Below, one piece after another: positions 20,418 to 30,798 of a stretch of DNA of 64,000 nucleotides. The first letter of the stretch is position 1; every line of letters starts with the position of its first letter. The notes under the pieces are model-generated. The model made no database searches. It was not told the DNA's origin and saw only the letters and a list, made by a program, of their open reading frames with translations. Position numbers and translations under genes: made by a program. Where the stretch lies: contig OZ242260.1 in the NCBI GenBank assembly GCA_965207065.1, positions 2,784,001 through 2,848,000 on the forward strand, given 5' to 3'. Source of the stretch: a bacterium. GTDB taxonomy: Bacteria; UBA8248.

Positions 20418-21499
20418 GACTCCTCGTAGCGGGCGGCGGCACGGGTGGACACCTCTACCCTGGCATTGCGGTGGCGAGGGCCTGGCTGGCGGGCGGGGAG
20501 GCGAACGAGGTCCTGTTCGTGGGCACGGCACGCGGGCTCGAGGCCAGGGTGCTGCCGCGTGAGAACCTGCCGTTTCAGGCGATTTCCTCCGCCGGCATTC
20601 TGGGGCGTTCGGTGGGTCAACGGGCCAAGGCAATGGCCATGTTGAGTTATGGATTCTGCCAGGCGATGGGAATCATGAGGCAATTTCGCCCCCATGTCGT
20701 TTTGGGGGTGGGCGGCTATTCCAGCGTTCCGTCGGTCGCCGCAGCCGGCCTTTGGAGAAAACCGATTGTCCTGATCGAGCAAAACGTCGTCCCCGGCGTG
20801 GCGAACCGATTGTTGTCTCGCTTCGCATCGAAAGTCGCCGTAGGGCTGCCCGTGCGCGACGCCGGCTTCGCCCGCGGGAAGATCGTGGAGACGGGCCTGC
20901 CGCTCAGGAGCGAGTTCTCGGAAAGTTTCGAGCGTGGCGAGGATTCCTGGAGCGGGCCTTTGAAGGTGCTCATATTCGGCGGCAGCCAGGGAGCGCGGGC
21001 CATCAACGAGGCGGTCATGGAGGCGCTGCCCCTGATGGGCGAGGCGCTTGAAAGAATGCGGTTCGTTCATCAGACGGGAGAGGCGGACTTCCCCCGCGTG
21101 CAAGCGGCTTATCGAGAAGTCGGCGCACAAGCGGACGTGGCGCCTTATCTGTACGACATGGCGGAACGCTACCGCTGGGCGCAGGTTTGTTTCTCGCGCG
21201 CGGGAGCGATGAGCGTGGCGGAATTGTCCGCCATGTCGCTTCCCGCCGTGTTGATTCCGCTGCCGAGCGCCACCCATGGGCATCAGGAAGCGAACGCCCG
21301 ATATTTCGCCGAACGCGAAGCGGCGCGGATGATACTGCAAGAAGACTTGAGCGGCCGGGTTCTGGCGGATATCTGGCTCGAGTACGAGGCGGAGCGCGGA
21401 AAGCTCGTCTCCATGTCGGAGCGGACGAAATCCCTGTCCGGCTCGAACGCCTCCGAAGCCGTGGCCGACTTGTGCCGCCGGGAGGCGATGGCGGCGTGA
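20414..21499 (+). CDS. murG: Lipid II GlcNAc transferase
   Basis: AGGGTGGHLYPG, GGYSS, EQN.VPG.AN, GGSQGA, RAGA, HQEANA. Confidence 0.97.
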   Translation: MRLLVAGGGTGGHLYPGIAVARAWLAGGEANEVLFVGTARGLEARVLPRENLPFQAISSAGILGRSVGQRAKAMAMLSYGFCQAMGIMRQFRPHVVLGVGGYSSVPSVAAAGLWRKPIVLIEQNVVPGVANRLLSRFASKVAVGLPVRDAGFARGKIVETGLPLRSEFSESFERGEDSWSGPLKVLIFGGSQGARAINEAVMEALPLMGEALERMRFVHQTGEADFPRVQAAYREVGAQADVAPYLYDMAERYRWAQVCFSRAGAMSVAELSAMSLPAVLIPLPSATHGHQEANARYFAEREAARMILQEDLSGRVLADIWLEYEAERGKLVSMSERTKSLSGSNASEAVADLCRREAMAA

Positions 21500-21518
21500 T
21501 GAGGAAAGGAGCCCGAGA

Positions 21519-22949
21519 GTGATAGCGCGACCATACGCCACGCACGCCATGTTCCGGCACTCGAGCCGCGTTCATTTCGTGGGCATCGGCGGGACGGGCA
21601 TGTGCGGCATCGCCGAGGTCTTGCTGAACCTGGGCTATGAGATCAGCGGTTCGGACATCGCGAGCAACGAGGCGATATTCAGGCTGCGCGGCCTGGGCGC
21701 GAAGGTGGTTCTGGGACACAGGAAGGAAAACGTGACGGGAGTGGACGTTTTGGTCTACAGCTCCGCGGTTACGGGCGACAACGTGGAAGTCGCCGAGGCG
21801 AGGCGGCGGAAGATTCCCGTCATCAAGCGCGCAGAGATGTTGTCCGAACTCATGCGCATGAAATACAGCATCGGCGTCGCGGGGACGCACGGCAAGACGA
21901 CCACCACTTCCTTCATTGCAGCCGCCCTGGCGGCCGGCGGCCTCGACCCCACGGTCGTCGTGGGCGGACGCATCAATGCCCTGGGCTCGAATGCGCGAAT
22001 GGGCGAGGGCGAGTATCTGGTGGCGGAGGCCGATGAGAGTGACGGCACGTTCCTGAGGCTCACCCCCACCATAGCGATCGTGACGAACATCGACGAGGAG
22101 CATCTGGATTTCTATGAGGATTACGACGCCATCAAGACAGCGTTCCTGGAGTTCGTGAACAAGGTGCCCTTCTACGGTTTTTCGGTCTTGTGCCTGGACC
22201 ATCCCGCTGTTCAGGAGATTATCCCCCACGTGGAGAAGCAGTTCTTCACCTACGGGTTCGGCACCCAGGCGGATTACGTGGGCGAGGAATTCCGCTACGA
22301 AAACGGCGAGGCGGTATTCGGCGTGAAACGGGGTGGAGAGCGCCTCGGCGAGATTCGCCTCCTCATGCCCGGACGACACAACGCGGACAACGCCCTGGCC
22401 GCCGCCGCCGTCTCGATGGAACTCGACGTTTCCTTCGCGGACATTCAAAGAGGACTCCACGAGTTCGACGGCATCGGCCGCCGCCTCGAGCGGGTCGGCG
22501 GGACGTCGGGCGTCACGGTTTTCGATGACTACGGCCACCATCCCCAGGAGATCAAGGTCACGCTCCGCGCCGTTCGCGAGGCATGGCCGGATAACCGGCT
22601 GGTGGTGCTGTTTCAGCCGCATCGCTACACGAGAACGCATCATCTGGAAGAGGCCTTCCACACCGCTTTTTACGATGCCGACAGGGTGCTCGTCGCGCCG
22701 GTGTACGCCGCCGGCGAGCCGCCCATCGAAGGGGTGAATTCGGAAAAACTCGCCGAGGGTATCAGTGCGCATGGCCACAGAAGCTGCGATGTGGTGGACG
22801 GTTTGGAGGATGCCGTGGATCGTCTGTTCGAGGAGGTGCGGAGCGGCGACATCGTTCTCACGCTCGGTGCAGGCGACGTCTGGAAGGCGGGACGTGAGTT
22901 GCTCGAAAAAATCGAGCGCAGAGATGGCGAATCAGAGGAAGCGGTATGA
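21519..22949 (+). CDS. murC: UDP-MurNAc-L-alanine ligase
   Basis: HFVGIGGTGM, AGTHGKTTTT, EADESD, DDYGHHP, FQPHRYTRT. Confidence 0.97.
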   Translation: MIARPYATHAMFRHSSRVHFVGIGGTGMCGIAEVLLNLGYEISGSDIASNEAIFRLRGLGAKVVLGHRKENVTGVDVLVYSSAVTGDNVEVAEARRRKIPVIKRAEMLSELMRMKYSIGVAGTHGKTTTTSFIAAALAAGGLDPTVVVGGRINALGSNARMGEGEYLVAEADESDGTFLRLTPTIAIVTNIDEEHLDFYEDYDAIKTAFLEFVNKVPFYGFSVLCLDHPAVQEIIPHVEKQFFTYGFGTQADYVGEEFRYENGEAVFGVKRGGERLGEIRLLMPGRHNADNALAAAAVSMELDVSFADIQRGLHEFDGIGRRLERVGGTSGVTVFDDYGHHPQEIKVTLRAVREAWPDNRLVVLFQPHRYTRTHHLEEAFHTAFYDADRVLVAPVYAAGEPPIEGVNSEKLAEGISAHGHRSCDVVDGLEDAVDRLFEEVRSGDIVLTLGAGDVWKAGRELLEKIERRDGESEEAV

Positions 22950-23899
22950 GCATCGGGACGGCGGAGGAAGTCATGACGCTGGAGTTGGCGGAAAAGCTCA
23001 AAGGTCTTGATTGCGAGATTCTTTTCGATGAATTGCTGGCCGCATACACTACGTTTCAGGTGGGCGGCCCGGCGGACGCCCTCGCGCTGCCTGTGACGGA
23101 AGACGAACTGGTGGAATTGATCGAGAGATGCCGGAGCGAGGCCTTGCCGATCACGGTTATGGGCGGCGGCGCCAATACCCTGGTGCGCGACGGAGGCGTT
23201 CGCGGGGTGGTGGTCGCTTTTCCGAAGGGGTTCAGGGGAATCGAAGTGGTTGCGCAGAGCACGGAGCGCGTACTGCTCGAAGCGCGCGCGGGAGAGAAGA
23301 TTCCGGCGCTGGTGCGATTCGCCGCCGAACGCGGCTGGGCGGGAACCGAGTGCCTGGCGGGGGTTCCCGGCACCGTGGGAGGAGCGCTGGCCATGAACGC
23401 GGGCACCGCCGAATCATACATCGAAGACGCGGTAGAAAGCGTTCGCTGGATACCTCTGGATGGAGGCGCTCCCGAGCGGCTTCCTGCGAAGGACTTGCGT
23501 TTCTCATACCGCCGCGCCGAGTTGCCGGCGCCGGGCGTGGTGCTCTCCGTTCGCTTCTCACTCCGGCCGGCGGACGCCGGCGCATTGCAGGAGCAATTGA
23601 GGCAAAGCGCCGTTCAAAGGCGGGAGCGCCAGCCCTGGGGGGTGCCCTGTGCGGGTTCGATATTCAAGAATCCGCCCGGCGAGCGCGCAGGCGTGCTCAT
23701 CGAATCGACAGGTCTCAAAGGGACGCGGATCGGCGGCGCGCAGGTGAGCGAGGTGCACGGGAATTTCATGGTGAATCTCGGCGGGGCCACGTCGGCGGAT
23801 GTTCTGGCGCTCATCGACGAGGTGAAAAGAGCGATTCTGGAACGCAATGGTGTCGAGTTGGTCCTGGAATTGAACGTCATCGGGGAGGACCCGGCGTGA
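22946..23899 (+). CDS. murB: UDP-N-acetylenolpyruvoylglucosamine reductase
   Basis: VGGPAD, PGTVGGALAMNAG, FSYR, AGSIFKNP, HGNFMVN. Confidence 0.96.
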   Translation: MSIGTAEEVMTLELAEKLKGLDCEILFDELLAAYTTFQVGGPADALALPVTEDELVELIERCRSEALPITVMGGGANTLVRDGGVRGVVVAFPKGFRGIEVVAQSTERVLLEARAGEKIPALVRFAAERGWAGTECLAGVPGTVGGALAMNAGTAESYIEDAVESVRWIPLDGGAPERLPAKDLRFSYRRAELPAPGVVLSVRFSLRPADAGALQEQLRQSAVQRRERQPWGVPCAGSIFKNPPGERAGVLIESTGLKGTRIGGAQVSEVHGNFMVNLGGATSADVLALIDEVKRAILERNGVELVLELNVIGEDPA

Positions 23900-24816
23900 G
23901 GCGTTTTTCGTTCAAGTGGAGAGGGAAGGCCAAGGGCCGGGAAGTATTCCTGAACCTCGCCCGGACGACTGAGCATCCCGGGGTCGTCAGAAAAAGTGTG
24001 AGGCGAGGCGGCAAGAAAATAGTCAGGCGATCCGCAATAGCTAAAGAGAGAGTAAGCGCTAACTGGATATGGCCCGCAATAGGCATTTTGGTTTTCGTAG
24101 AAGTGCTTCTCCTGGGCGGGCACGCTGTCCGGTGGGCGAAGAGCACCCGACATTTCGAGTTGAGGGAGGTGGTAGTGACGGGTAACCGGACGCTGAAGCC
24201 CGTAGATATCAGAAATCTCGTGGGAGTCGATCCGGGAGCGAACATTTTCGACGCTGAATTGGCGGATGTCCGCTCACGCGTGGCCTCGCATCCGTGGGTA
24301 AAACGCGCGAGCGTGCGAATGCGCCCGCCTCATTTCCTCCAGGTCGATATCCTCGAGCGTAGACCCTACGCACTCATCATGGGCGGTGAAACCCTCGTGG
24401 TGGATGAGGAGGGTATCGTGCTCGGCAAACCTGTCACGCCGCTCGCGGGGTGCCTGCCGATGGTCGAGGGATTCGCCTCGCGACGCTGGCAGCCGGGCGA
24501 CGTAATTCGCGACCCGCGTCTGGCGCGCTCCATGAAGGCGGTCTTTTTATTCCAGGATTCGCCGGTGATTCGCACAAGTTGCATATCCGTCCGAAACACC
24601 GGACCGGGTCAACTCCGGCTTCGCGCCCTGGAGGGAAAGGTGGAACTTATGGTCAGTGAAGAGAGGATGGAGAGTCAGGCCGGTCGGCTCCGGGCCGTTG
24701 CGGATGACGTTCTCCGCCAGGAGAAATTCGGGGCGGGCGGCCTCCGGTTCGATCTGAGATTTCCCGGCAGGGTTATCGTTCGGCCGCTCACAAAGGATGG
24801 AGGGACAATAGGATGA
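23896..24816 (+). CDS. ftsQ: Cell division protein FtsQ/DivIB
   Basis: Basic N-terminus, single TM, POTRA-like VVTGN...PWVKRASV, C-terminal DLRF; precedes ftsA. Confidence 0.85.
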   Translation: MRRFSFKWRGKAKGREVFLNLARTTEHPGVVRKSVRRGGKKIVRRSAIAKERVSANWIWPAIGILVFVEVLLLGGHAVRWAKSTRHFELREVVVTGNRTLKPVDIRNLVGVDPGANIFDAELADVRSRVASHPWVKRASVRMRPPHFLQVDILERRPYALIMGGETLVVDEEGIVLGKPVTPLAGCLPMVEGFASRRWQPGDVIRDPRLARSMKAVFLFQDSPVIRTSCISVRNTGPGQLRLRALEGKVELMVSEERMESQAGRLRAVADDVLRQEKFGAGGLRFDLRFPGRVIVRPLTKDGGTIG

Positions 24817-26054
24817 GCAAACAAGGAGATGTGCTGGTGGGTCTGGACATCGGCACCTCGAAAATCTGTGTGGTCGTGGCCGAAGTAAGCGAGGACGGCT
24901 CTCTTGAAATCGTAGGTTTGGGAAAAACCCCATCGAAGGGGCTCAACCGGGGCTCGGTGGTGAATATCGACCAGACGGTCGAATCGGTTCAAACGGCGGT
25001 GGGAGAGGCGGAGTTCATCAGCGGTTCGCCCATTCGCTCCGCGTTCGTAGGCGTGGCGGGGGGGCACATCCGCAGTTTCAACACCAACGGTATCGTGGCC
25101 ATCAAGAACAAGATTGTCACGCAGGATGATATCGATCGCGTCGTCGAGCAGGCGCGGGCGGTCACGATGCCGACGGATCACGAAATCATCCATGTGCTGC
25201 CGCAGGAGTATATCGTCGACGATCAGGAGGGCGTCACCGAACCCGCGGGAATGGCGGGTGTTCGCCTGGAATGCAAGGTCCACGTCGTGACGGGCGCAAT
25301 TCCTGCGATTCAGAACATCACCCGAAGCGTCGAGAGGGCGGGCTTGAACGTCGAGCGTCTGGTGCTTCAGCCATTCGCCTCCTCGCTGGCCGCACTGAGC
25401 GATGATGAGCGCGATCTTGGCGTGGCCGTCGTGGACATCGGGAGCGGCACGGCGGACGTCGCCGTCATCAGCGGGGGCGCGCTGCGTTATTCGGCCGTCA
25501 TTCCCGTAGGCGGGAGCCACATCACCAGGGATATGGCGATAGGATTGCGGACGCCGGACTATCAGGCGGAGAGAATCAAGCAGGAACACGGCTGCGCTCT
25601 GTCCGCCCGGGTGTCGAGCGAAGAGGAGATCGAAGTGCCCAGCGTAGGGGGCCGTCCGCCGCGCGTGTTGAGCCGCCAGATGCTCGCCGAGATAATCGAG
25701 CCCCGGATGGAGGAGATATTGACGCTCATCCGTCGTGAGATCCAGAAAAGCGGCATGGAGGATCTCCTGCCCGCCGGCGTCGTGCTCACGGGCGGGGCGA
25801 GCATCATCGAGGGCGCCGATGAATTGGCCGAAAACGTGCTTCAACTTCCGGTGAGACTGGGTGTTCCCGGTGGTATCGGCGGGCTGGTGGACATGGTCAA
25901 CGGGCCCATGTACTCGACCGCCGTGGGTCTGGTGATTTACGCCATGAAGACGGGCTTTACCAGGCGTCGGGGTCTCGTGAACGGAGCGTCACAAGGCCCG
26001 ATTCGTCAAACAACACAAAAAATCCGCCATGTTTTGGCTAGCGTATTCAAATGA
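24813..26054 (+). CDS. ftsA: Cell division protein FtsA
   Basis: GLDIGTSK, VDIGSGT, GGSHIT.D, VLTGGAS, C-terminal amphipathic helix. Confidence 0.97.
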   Translation: MSKQGDVLVGLDIGTSKICVVVAEVSEDGSLEIVGLGKTPSKGLNRGSVVNIDQTVESVQTAVGEAEFISGSPIRSAFVGVAGGHIRSFNTNGIVAIKNKIVTQDDIDRVVEQARAVTMPTDHEIIHVLPQEYIVDDQEGVTEPAGMAGVRLECKVHVVTGAIPAIQNITRSVERAGLNVERLVLQPFASSLAALSDDERDLGVAVVDIGSGTADVAVISGGALRYSAVIPVGGSHITRDMAIGLRTPDYQAERIKQEHGCALSARVSSEEEIEVPSVGGRPPRVLSRQMLAEIIEPRMEEILTLIRREIQKSGMEDLLPAGVVLTGGASIIEGADELAENVLQLPVRLGVPGGIGGLVDMVNGPMYSTAVGLVIYAMKTGFTRRRGLVNGASQGPIRQTTQKIRHVLASVFK

Positions 26055-26102
26055 TCGTGAGGGGAGGCGGGAGGCGCTTCCCGGGATCGAAGGGGGGGGA
26101 GA

Positions 26103-27251
26103 ATGAGTGATACGACGTTTTTTACACTGGATCAGGAGCCGCCGTGTAGCGCGAGAATCGCGGTCGTCGGCGTAGGAGGGGGCGGAGGAAACGCCATCAA
26201 CACCATGATTTCAGCGGGCATGGAGGGTGTTCAATTCGTGGCCGCGAACACGGATTCCCAGGTTTTGGAGCGTTCTCTCGCGTCCGACAAAATCCAGCTC
26301 GGCAAGGAGTTGACGAATGGACTTGGGGCCGGTGGCAACCCCGAGGTAGGCAGGAAAGCCGCTCTGGAGGACACAGAGTGTCTCTCGGAATTCATGCAAA
26401 ACCTCGAGATGGTGTTCGTCACGGCAGGAATGGGTGGTGGTACGGGCACGGGTGCGGCTCCCGTCATCGCTCGCATTGCGAAAGAGGCAGGGGTGCTGAC
26501 GGTGGGCGTCGTCACCAAGCCGTTCGACTTCGAGGGTCCGCGCCGGATGAATCAGGCCGACGAGGGCATCGAGGAACTGCGTGACGCCGTGAACACGCTC
26601 ATCACCATCCCCAACCAGCGTCTCCTGGGCATGGTCGAGCGCTCCACGCCGATGATGGAGGCTTTCCAGAAGGCGAATAACGTCTTGTTGCAGGCGTGTA
26701 AGGGTATCGCCGACCTCATCACCACGCCCGGTTTGATCAATCTCGATTTCGCCGACGTGCGCACCATCATGCGCGACATGGGCGGGAAGGCCCTGATGGG
26801 CAGCGGCACGGGCCAGGGCGAGAATCGCGCCGTCATCGCCGCGCAGAACGCCATCAACAGTCCGCTGCTCGAGGAAGGGACCATCGAGGGTTCCCGGGGC
26901 GTACTCATCAACATCACCGGCGGTCAGGATCTTTCCCTCTTCGAGGTGAACGAGGCCTGCAGACTCGTCCATGAAAAAGCGCACCAGGACGCCAACATCA
27001 TTTTCGGTTCGGTAATTGACCCGAACCTGGACAACCAGATTCGCGTGACGGTAATCGCAACGGGCTTCGGGAGGGAATCTATTCGCGAAGTTCCTCCCCT
27101 GGAAGCGGAAGCGACGGGCACCGAGGGCGGGAAAATCTCGGTTCCTGCGTATATCCGCCTGAAAAGTAACAAGATGCAACCTGGCGTCCCGGATAATCTG
27201 GAGGATGACGATCTGGATGTGCCCACTTTCCTGCGCAAGCAGGTTGACTAA
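26103..27251 (+). CDS. ftsZ: Cell division protein FtsZ
   Basis: [26 protein letters not shown]-terminal [11 protein letters not shown]. Confidence 0.99.
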   Translation: MSDTTFFTLDQEPPCSARIAVVGVGGGGGNAINTMISAGMEGVQFVAANTDSQVLERSLASDKIQLGKELTNGLGAGGNPEVGRKAALEDTECLSEFMQNLEMVFVTAGMGGGTGTGAAPVIARIAKEAGVLTVGVVTKPFDFEGPRRMNQADEGIEELRDAVNTLITIPNQRLLGMVERSTPMMEAFQKANNVLLQACKGIADLITTPGLINLDFADVRTIMRDMGGKALMGSGTGQGENRAVIAAQNAINSPLLEEGTIEGSRGVLINITGGQDLSLFEVNEACRLVHEKAHQDANIIFGSVIDPNLDNQIRVTVIATGFGRESIREVPPLEAEATGTEGGKISVPAYIRLKSNKMQPGVPDNLEDDDLDVPTFLRKQVD

Positions 27252-27317
27252 CCCCCACACGTCGTTCGGTCGAGGGGGCCTCTCTCGCGCCTGACGACGC
27301 ATTCCCCATGGACGCGA

Positions 27318-27341
27318 CTGGGGGAGAGCATTCTCCCCCAG
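27318..27341. other. Stem-loop downstream of ftsZ
   Basis: CTGGGGGAGA-GCAT-TCTCCCCCAG perfect 10-bp stem; no clean U-tract. Confidence 0.5.
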
Positions 27342-27372
27342 CCCCGCCTTTCTCAGGGCATGGGCCCGTTTC

Positions 27373-27406
27373 TTGTGGCGTCACGGACCTCTCATTATAA
27401 TGAGAG
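27373..27406 (+). promoter_or_regulatory. Putative promoter for pgeF-yggS block with palindrome over -10
   Basis: TTGTGG, 17-bp spacer, TATAAT (27396-27401) inside palindrome CTCTCATTATAATGAGAG. Confidence 0.6.
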
Positions 27407-27467
27407 CCGGACAAGGAGTTTACGGAAGGGTGTACGGTAATTTCTCGTCGTCCGGGATGGGTTGCGG

Positions 27468-28265
27468 ATGATTTCTCTGGAACGCCACGAATCCGGCAGC
27501 GTTGAATTTCTCAGCTCACCCTTGCTGGATGAACCCGGTTTCTTGCGTCATGGGTTCAGCACCCGGAGGGGAGGGGTGAGCGAAGGCCGGTTCCGTTCCT
27601 TGAACCTCGGCCGCGCCAGGGGTGAAGATCCCGAAAACGTAGCGGAGAACAGAAGGCGCTTTTTTGAAGCCGCCGATTTTCCGGCGCGACGCCTGGTGGA
27701 AGCGAAACAGGTGCACGGGTGCGACGTTCTCGTGGCGGAGCAAACATCTCCCGGTGAAAGAACGTGCGGAGACGCCCTGATCACGAACGCTTCGGGTTTG
27801 GGGCTGGCGGTCCAGACGGCGGATTGCATTCCCGTGCTCATCGCAGACGCGCGGAAGGTGGCCGTCGCAGCCGTGCATGCGGGACGCAAGGGAGTTGCCG
27901 GCGGCGTTTTGTCCGCGACCATCGAGCGGATGCGGGAGGAATACGGCTGCGATCCCAGGGATATGCGGGCCGCTTTGGGCCCCGCCATTTCCGGGGAACG
28001 CTACGAGGTGGGCGAGGAGTGCCTGCCGCCTTTTCGCGAACGGCACCCAAACTGGAGGGATTTCGCCACGCCCCTGGGGAGGGGCAAGTGGCTGCTGGAC
28101 CTCCCCCTGGCGGCGAGGCTTCAGTTGGCCTCTGCAGGGATTCCCGAAAGCCGGATTGGTGCGCCGGGGCCTTGCACGTTTTCTGAATCATCAAAGTTTT
28201 TCTCCTACCGCCGCGACGGGCCTCAGACGGGGCGACTGCTGTCGGCCGTCTGGATAGGAGGGTGA
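27468..28265 (+). CDS. pgeF: Peptidoglycan editing factor PgeF/YfiH (purine nucleoside phosphorylase-like)
   Basis: HGFSTRRGGVS, SLNL, QVHG, TADCIPVL, HAG, FFSYRR. Confidence 0.93.
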   Translation: MISLERHESGSVEFLSSPLLDEPGFLRHGFSTRRGGVSEGRFRSLNLGRARGEDPENVAENRRRFFEAADFPARRLVEAKQVHGCDVLVAEQTSPGERTCGDALITNASGLGLAVQTADCIPVLIADARKVAVAAVHAGRKGVAGGVLSATIERMREEYGCDPRDMRAALGPAISGERYEVGEECLPPFRERHPNWRDFATPLGRGKWLLDLPLAARLQLASAGIPESRIGAPGPCTFSESSKFFSYRRDGPQTGRLLSAVWIGG

Positions 28266-28978
28266 GGAATACGGTGAGTGAAGTTGGGCAGCGATACGAG
28301 ATGGTGAAGGAGCGTGTGGCGGATGCGGCACTCGCCTCTGGCCGGAACCCGGATGAAATTCGCCTTCTGGCCGTGAGCAAGACCCAGCCGCCCGAGCGCG
28401 TCGTCGAAGCGATCGATGCGGGCGTCGACATCATCGGGGAGAACCGGGTGCAGGAAGCCCAGCGCAAAAGGGGTGAAATCGACCCCGGGGTCGCGGGCAG
28501 GGCGAGGTGGCATCTCATCGGCGGCCTGCAAAGGAACAAGGCCCGCACCGTGCCCGGACTGTTCGACGTGGTGGAATCGGTAGATTCCCTCGCCCTGGCG
28601 CGCGAGTTGAACAAGCGCGTGGGTGTCGCGGGAGAAGACCCCCTGGACGTGTTCATACAGGTGAACACGGGGGCGGAAACCCAGAAGGGAGGGGTCGCCC
28701 CGGCGGATGCGATAGCGCTCGTGCGCGATGTTTCCGCGCTGGAAGCCTTGCGGGTGGTCGGCTTGATGTGTATTCCTCCCCTGGGGCGGGAGGCGGAGGA
28801 GAGCCGACCCCATTTCGAGTTGTTGAGAAAATTGAGGGATGAGGCCCGGGACGGAGGGTTTTCTCACGTCCGGGAGTTGTCGATGGGCATGTCGAACGAC
28901 TTCGAAGTCGCGATAGCCGAGGGAGCGACGCTCGTCCGCATCGGCACGGCCATTTTCGGGCCGAGAGGAGAGAACTGA
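28262..28978 (+). CDS. yggS: PLP homeostasis protein YggS
   Basis: LLAVSKT, GENRVQE, WHLIG.LQRNK, LSMGMSNDF, VRIGTAIFG. Confidence 0.96.
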   Translation: MRNTVSEVGQRYEMVKERVADAALASGRNPDEIRLLAVSKTQPPERVVEAIDAGVDIIGENRVQEAQRKRGEIDPGVAGRARWHLIGGLQRNKARTVPGLFDVVESVDSLALARELNKRVGVAGEDPLDVFIQVNTGAETQKGGVAPADAIALVRDVSALEALRVVGLMCIPPLGREAEESRPHFELLRKLRDEARDGGFSHVRELSMGMSNDFEVAIAEGATLVRIGTAIFGPRGEN

Positions 28979-29071
28979 AGCGAATTTGAATCAGGCCAAT
29001 CATTTCAGTAGGATGGGCTGGTTCCGGCGTTCGGGGCGATTTCGAACCTATATGCGAAAGGTATTTGGAAT

Positions 29072-29878
29072 ATGTCGGAAATCCTTGTAGTCGGTGGCGG
29101 CAACATGGGCGAAGCGCTCGTCATGGGGATGGTGAATTCCGCCTATGCGAAAGTCGACGACATCGTCATCGCGGAGCCCCTGGCGGAGCGCGCCGAACAT
29201 CTCCGGCAAGCTTCGGGATTTGCCGTGGTGTCCGATGGGGCCGAAGCGGCTCCCGAGGCGGAAAAAGTGGTGATCGCAGTGAAGCCGCAGGTGCTCGACG
29301 CTGTTCTGGGTGGGCTGAGGGACGCTCTCGCGCACCGACCGCTCCTGATTTCAGTCGTCGCGGGCGCGTCCACGAGCCGGTTCACGGGAATTCTGGGCGA
29401 TGAGGCGCGCATCGTCCGCGTCATGCCGAACACGCCCGCCCTCGTGGGAGAAGGCGCCGCGGGGCTATGCGCCGGCGGAGGGGCGTCGGAAGCGGATTTA
29501 TCGCAAGCGAAGCAGCTTCTGGAGTCCGTCGGCAAGGCAGTGGTCTTGCCTGAATCGCTGATGGATGCCGTGACTGGCTTGTCGGGCAGCGGTCCCGCGT
29601 ATGTCTTCCAATTCATCGAGGCGCTGGCGGACGGCGGGGTGAGGGCGGGCCTGCCCCGTGAGGAGGCGATGCTGCTGGCGACCCAGACCGTTTTGGGCTC
29701 CGCGCGGATGCTTCTCGAAACGGGAGAGCATCCGGGCCGCCTGAAGGACATGGTGGCCTCGCCCGGGGGAACGACCATCGCCGGCTTGCATGCGCTCGAA
29801 AACGGGGGACTGCGCTCCGCCGTCATCAACGCCGTCAGCGCCGCCGCGCGCAGAAGCGAGGAACTGGGCCGTGGCTAG
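29072..29878 (+). CDS. proC: Pyrroline-5-carboxylate reductase
   Basis: GGGNMG, AVKPQ, RVMPNTP, GLSGSGPAY, SPGGTT. Confidence 0.97.
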   Translation: MSEILVVGGGNMGEALVMGMVNSAYAKVDDIVIAEPLAERAEHLRQASGFAVVSDGAEAAPEAEKVVIAVKPQVLDAVLGGLRDALAHRPLLISVVAGASTSRFTGILGDEARIVRVMPNTPALVGEGAAGLCAGGGASEADLSQAKQLLESVGKAVVLPESLMDAVTGLSGSGPAYVFQFIEALADGGVRAGLPREEAMLLATQTVLGSARMLLETGEHPGRLKDMVASPGGTTIAGLHALENGGLRSAVINAVSAAARRSEELGRG

Positions 29879-29905
29879 TCTGCTTTTCGATATGAGGGTT
29901 CGGTC

Positions 29906-30202
29906 GTGTTCTTGATATCGAATTTCATGAACGGAATCGGGGTGATTCTCAGCTATCTGCTGACCATCTACATCTGGATCATCATCATCCGCGCGCTTTT
30001 GTCGTGGGTGAACCCGGATCCCTATAATCCGATTGTTCAGATATTGTATCGCCTGACGGAGCCCGTGCTGGCTCCCGTGCGCTACCGGATGCCCGACATC
30101 GGGGGCATCGATGCGAGTCCGATCGTGGTTTTGTTGATCATATTCTTTTTGCAAAGTTTCCTGGTTCAAAGTATCTTTGACCTGGCAAACATGTTGCGTT
30201 GA
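29906..30202 (+). CDS. yggT: YggT family membrane protein
   Basis: LLSWVNPDPYNPIV..L..LTEPVLAP.R, IDASP. Confidence 0.92.
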   Translation: MFLISNFMNGIGVILSYLLTIYIWIIIIRALLSWVNPDPYNPIVQILYRLTEPVLAPVRYRMPDIGGIDASPIVVLLIIFFLQSFLVQSIFDLANMLR

Positions 30203-30222
30203 TTATCACCTGGGGAGTGGAG

Positions 30223-30798
30223 ATGAAGTACACGGGCCATGACGTTCGAAGCCATCGTTTTTCGAGCAAGATGCGGGGCTACGATCGGCTCGAAGTCGAT
30301 GCGTACCTGTTCAAGGTGGCCGACTGGCTGGATCAGTCGGTGCGGAAAAACGAACAGCTCAGCCTGCAATGCAAGGACCTCTTCGATCAATACAATGGCT
30401 TGAGAGAAGAGCACGCCAATCTGCAGAAAATCCTCATCTCCGTAAACGAACTCAGGGATCAGGCCGCGGCCAAGTCCGGCGAAATGGTGGAAAAAGCGGA
30501 AACCGACGCCGAGGAACTCATCAATGAGGCCGAAGTCGAGGCGAATAAGATACTCGTGAAAGCCGAACAGGATACCGAAAAACTGCGTGAGGAGATCGCG
30601 AGGTTAACGGAACAGAGGGATAAGATTCTTGCGGATCTGTATGAGACGTTTCTCTCCCAGATTCGAACACTCGAGGTCGAAGGCGTCCGCATGGGGGTCG
30701 ACCTCGCCCGCCTCCATGAGGAAGGCGAAGAGGTTCCTGACGAGAAAAGTGAAAACGTCATCAAGCTGAACCAGAAAGCGGAGGGCGATGCGTCGTGA
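30223..30798 (+). CDS. divIVA: DivIVA domain protein
   Basis: F...MRGYDRLEVDAYL N-terminal motif plus long coiled coil. Confidence 0.8.
   Translation: MKYTGHDVRSHRFSSKMRGYDRLEVDAYLFKVADWLDQSVRKNEQLSLQCKDLFDQYNGLREEHANLQKILISVNELRDQAAAKSGEMVEKAETDAEELINEAEVEANKILVKAEQDTEKLREEIARLTEQRDKILADLYETFLSQIRTLEVEGVRMGVDLARLHEEGEEVPDEKSENVIKLNQKAEGDAS

Noticed and set aside
13588-23895. Apparent long N-terminal extensions of murE, murD, murG and ftsQ in the ORF track
   Set aside because: Artefacts of choosing the most upstream start; plausible starts abut or overlap the previous stop codons.
1613-27302. Long antisense ORFs (e.g. 3191-5002, 17737-19176, 21015-22778, 24675-25844)
   Set aside because: Shadow frames of GC-rich housekeeping genes, with no recognisable motifs.
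27252-27460. 6S RNA or other known ncRNA after ftsZ
   Set aside because: I could not build the long rod with a central bubble; only local hairpins are supported.
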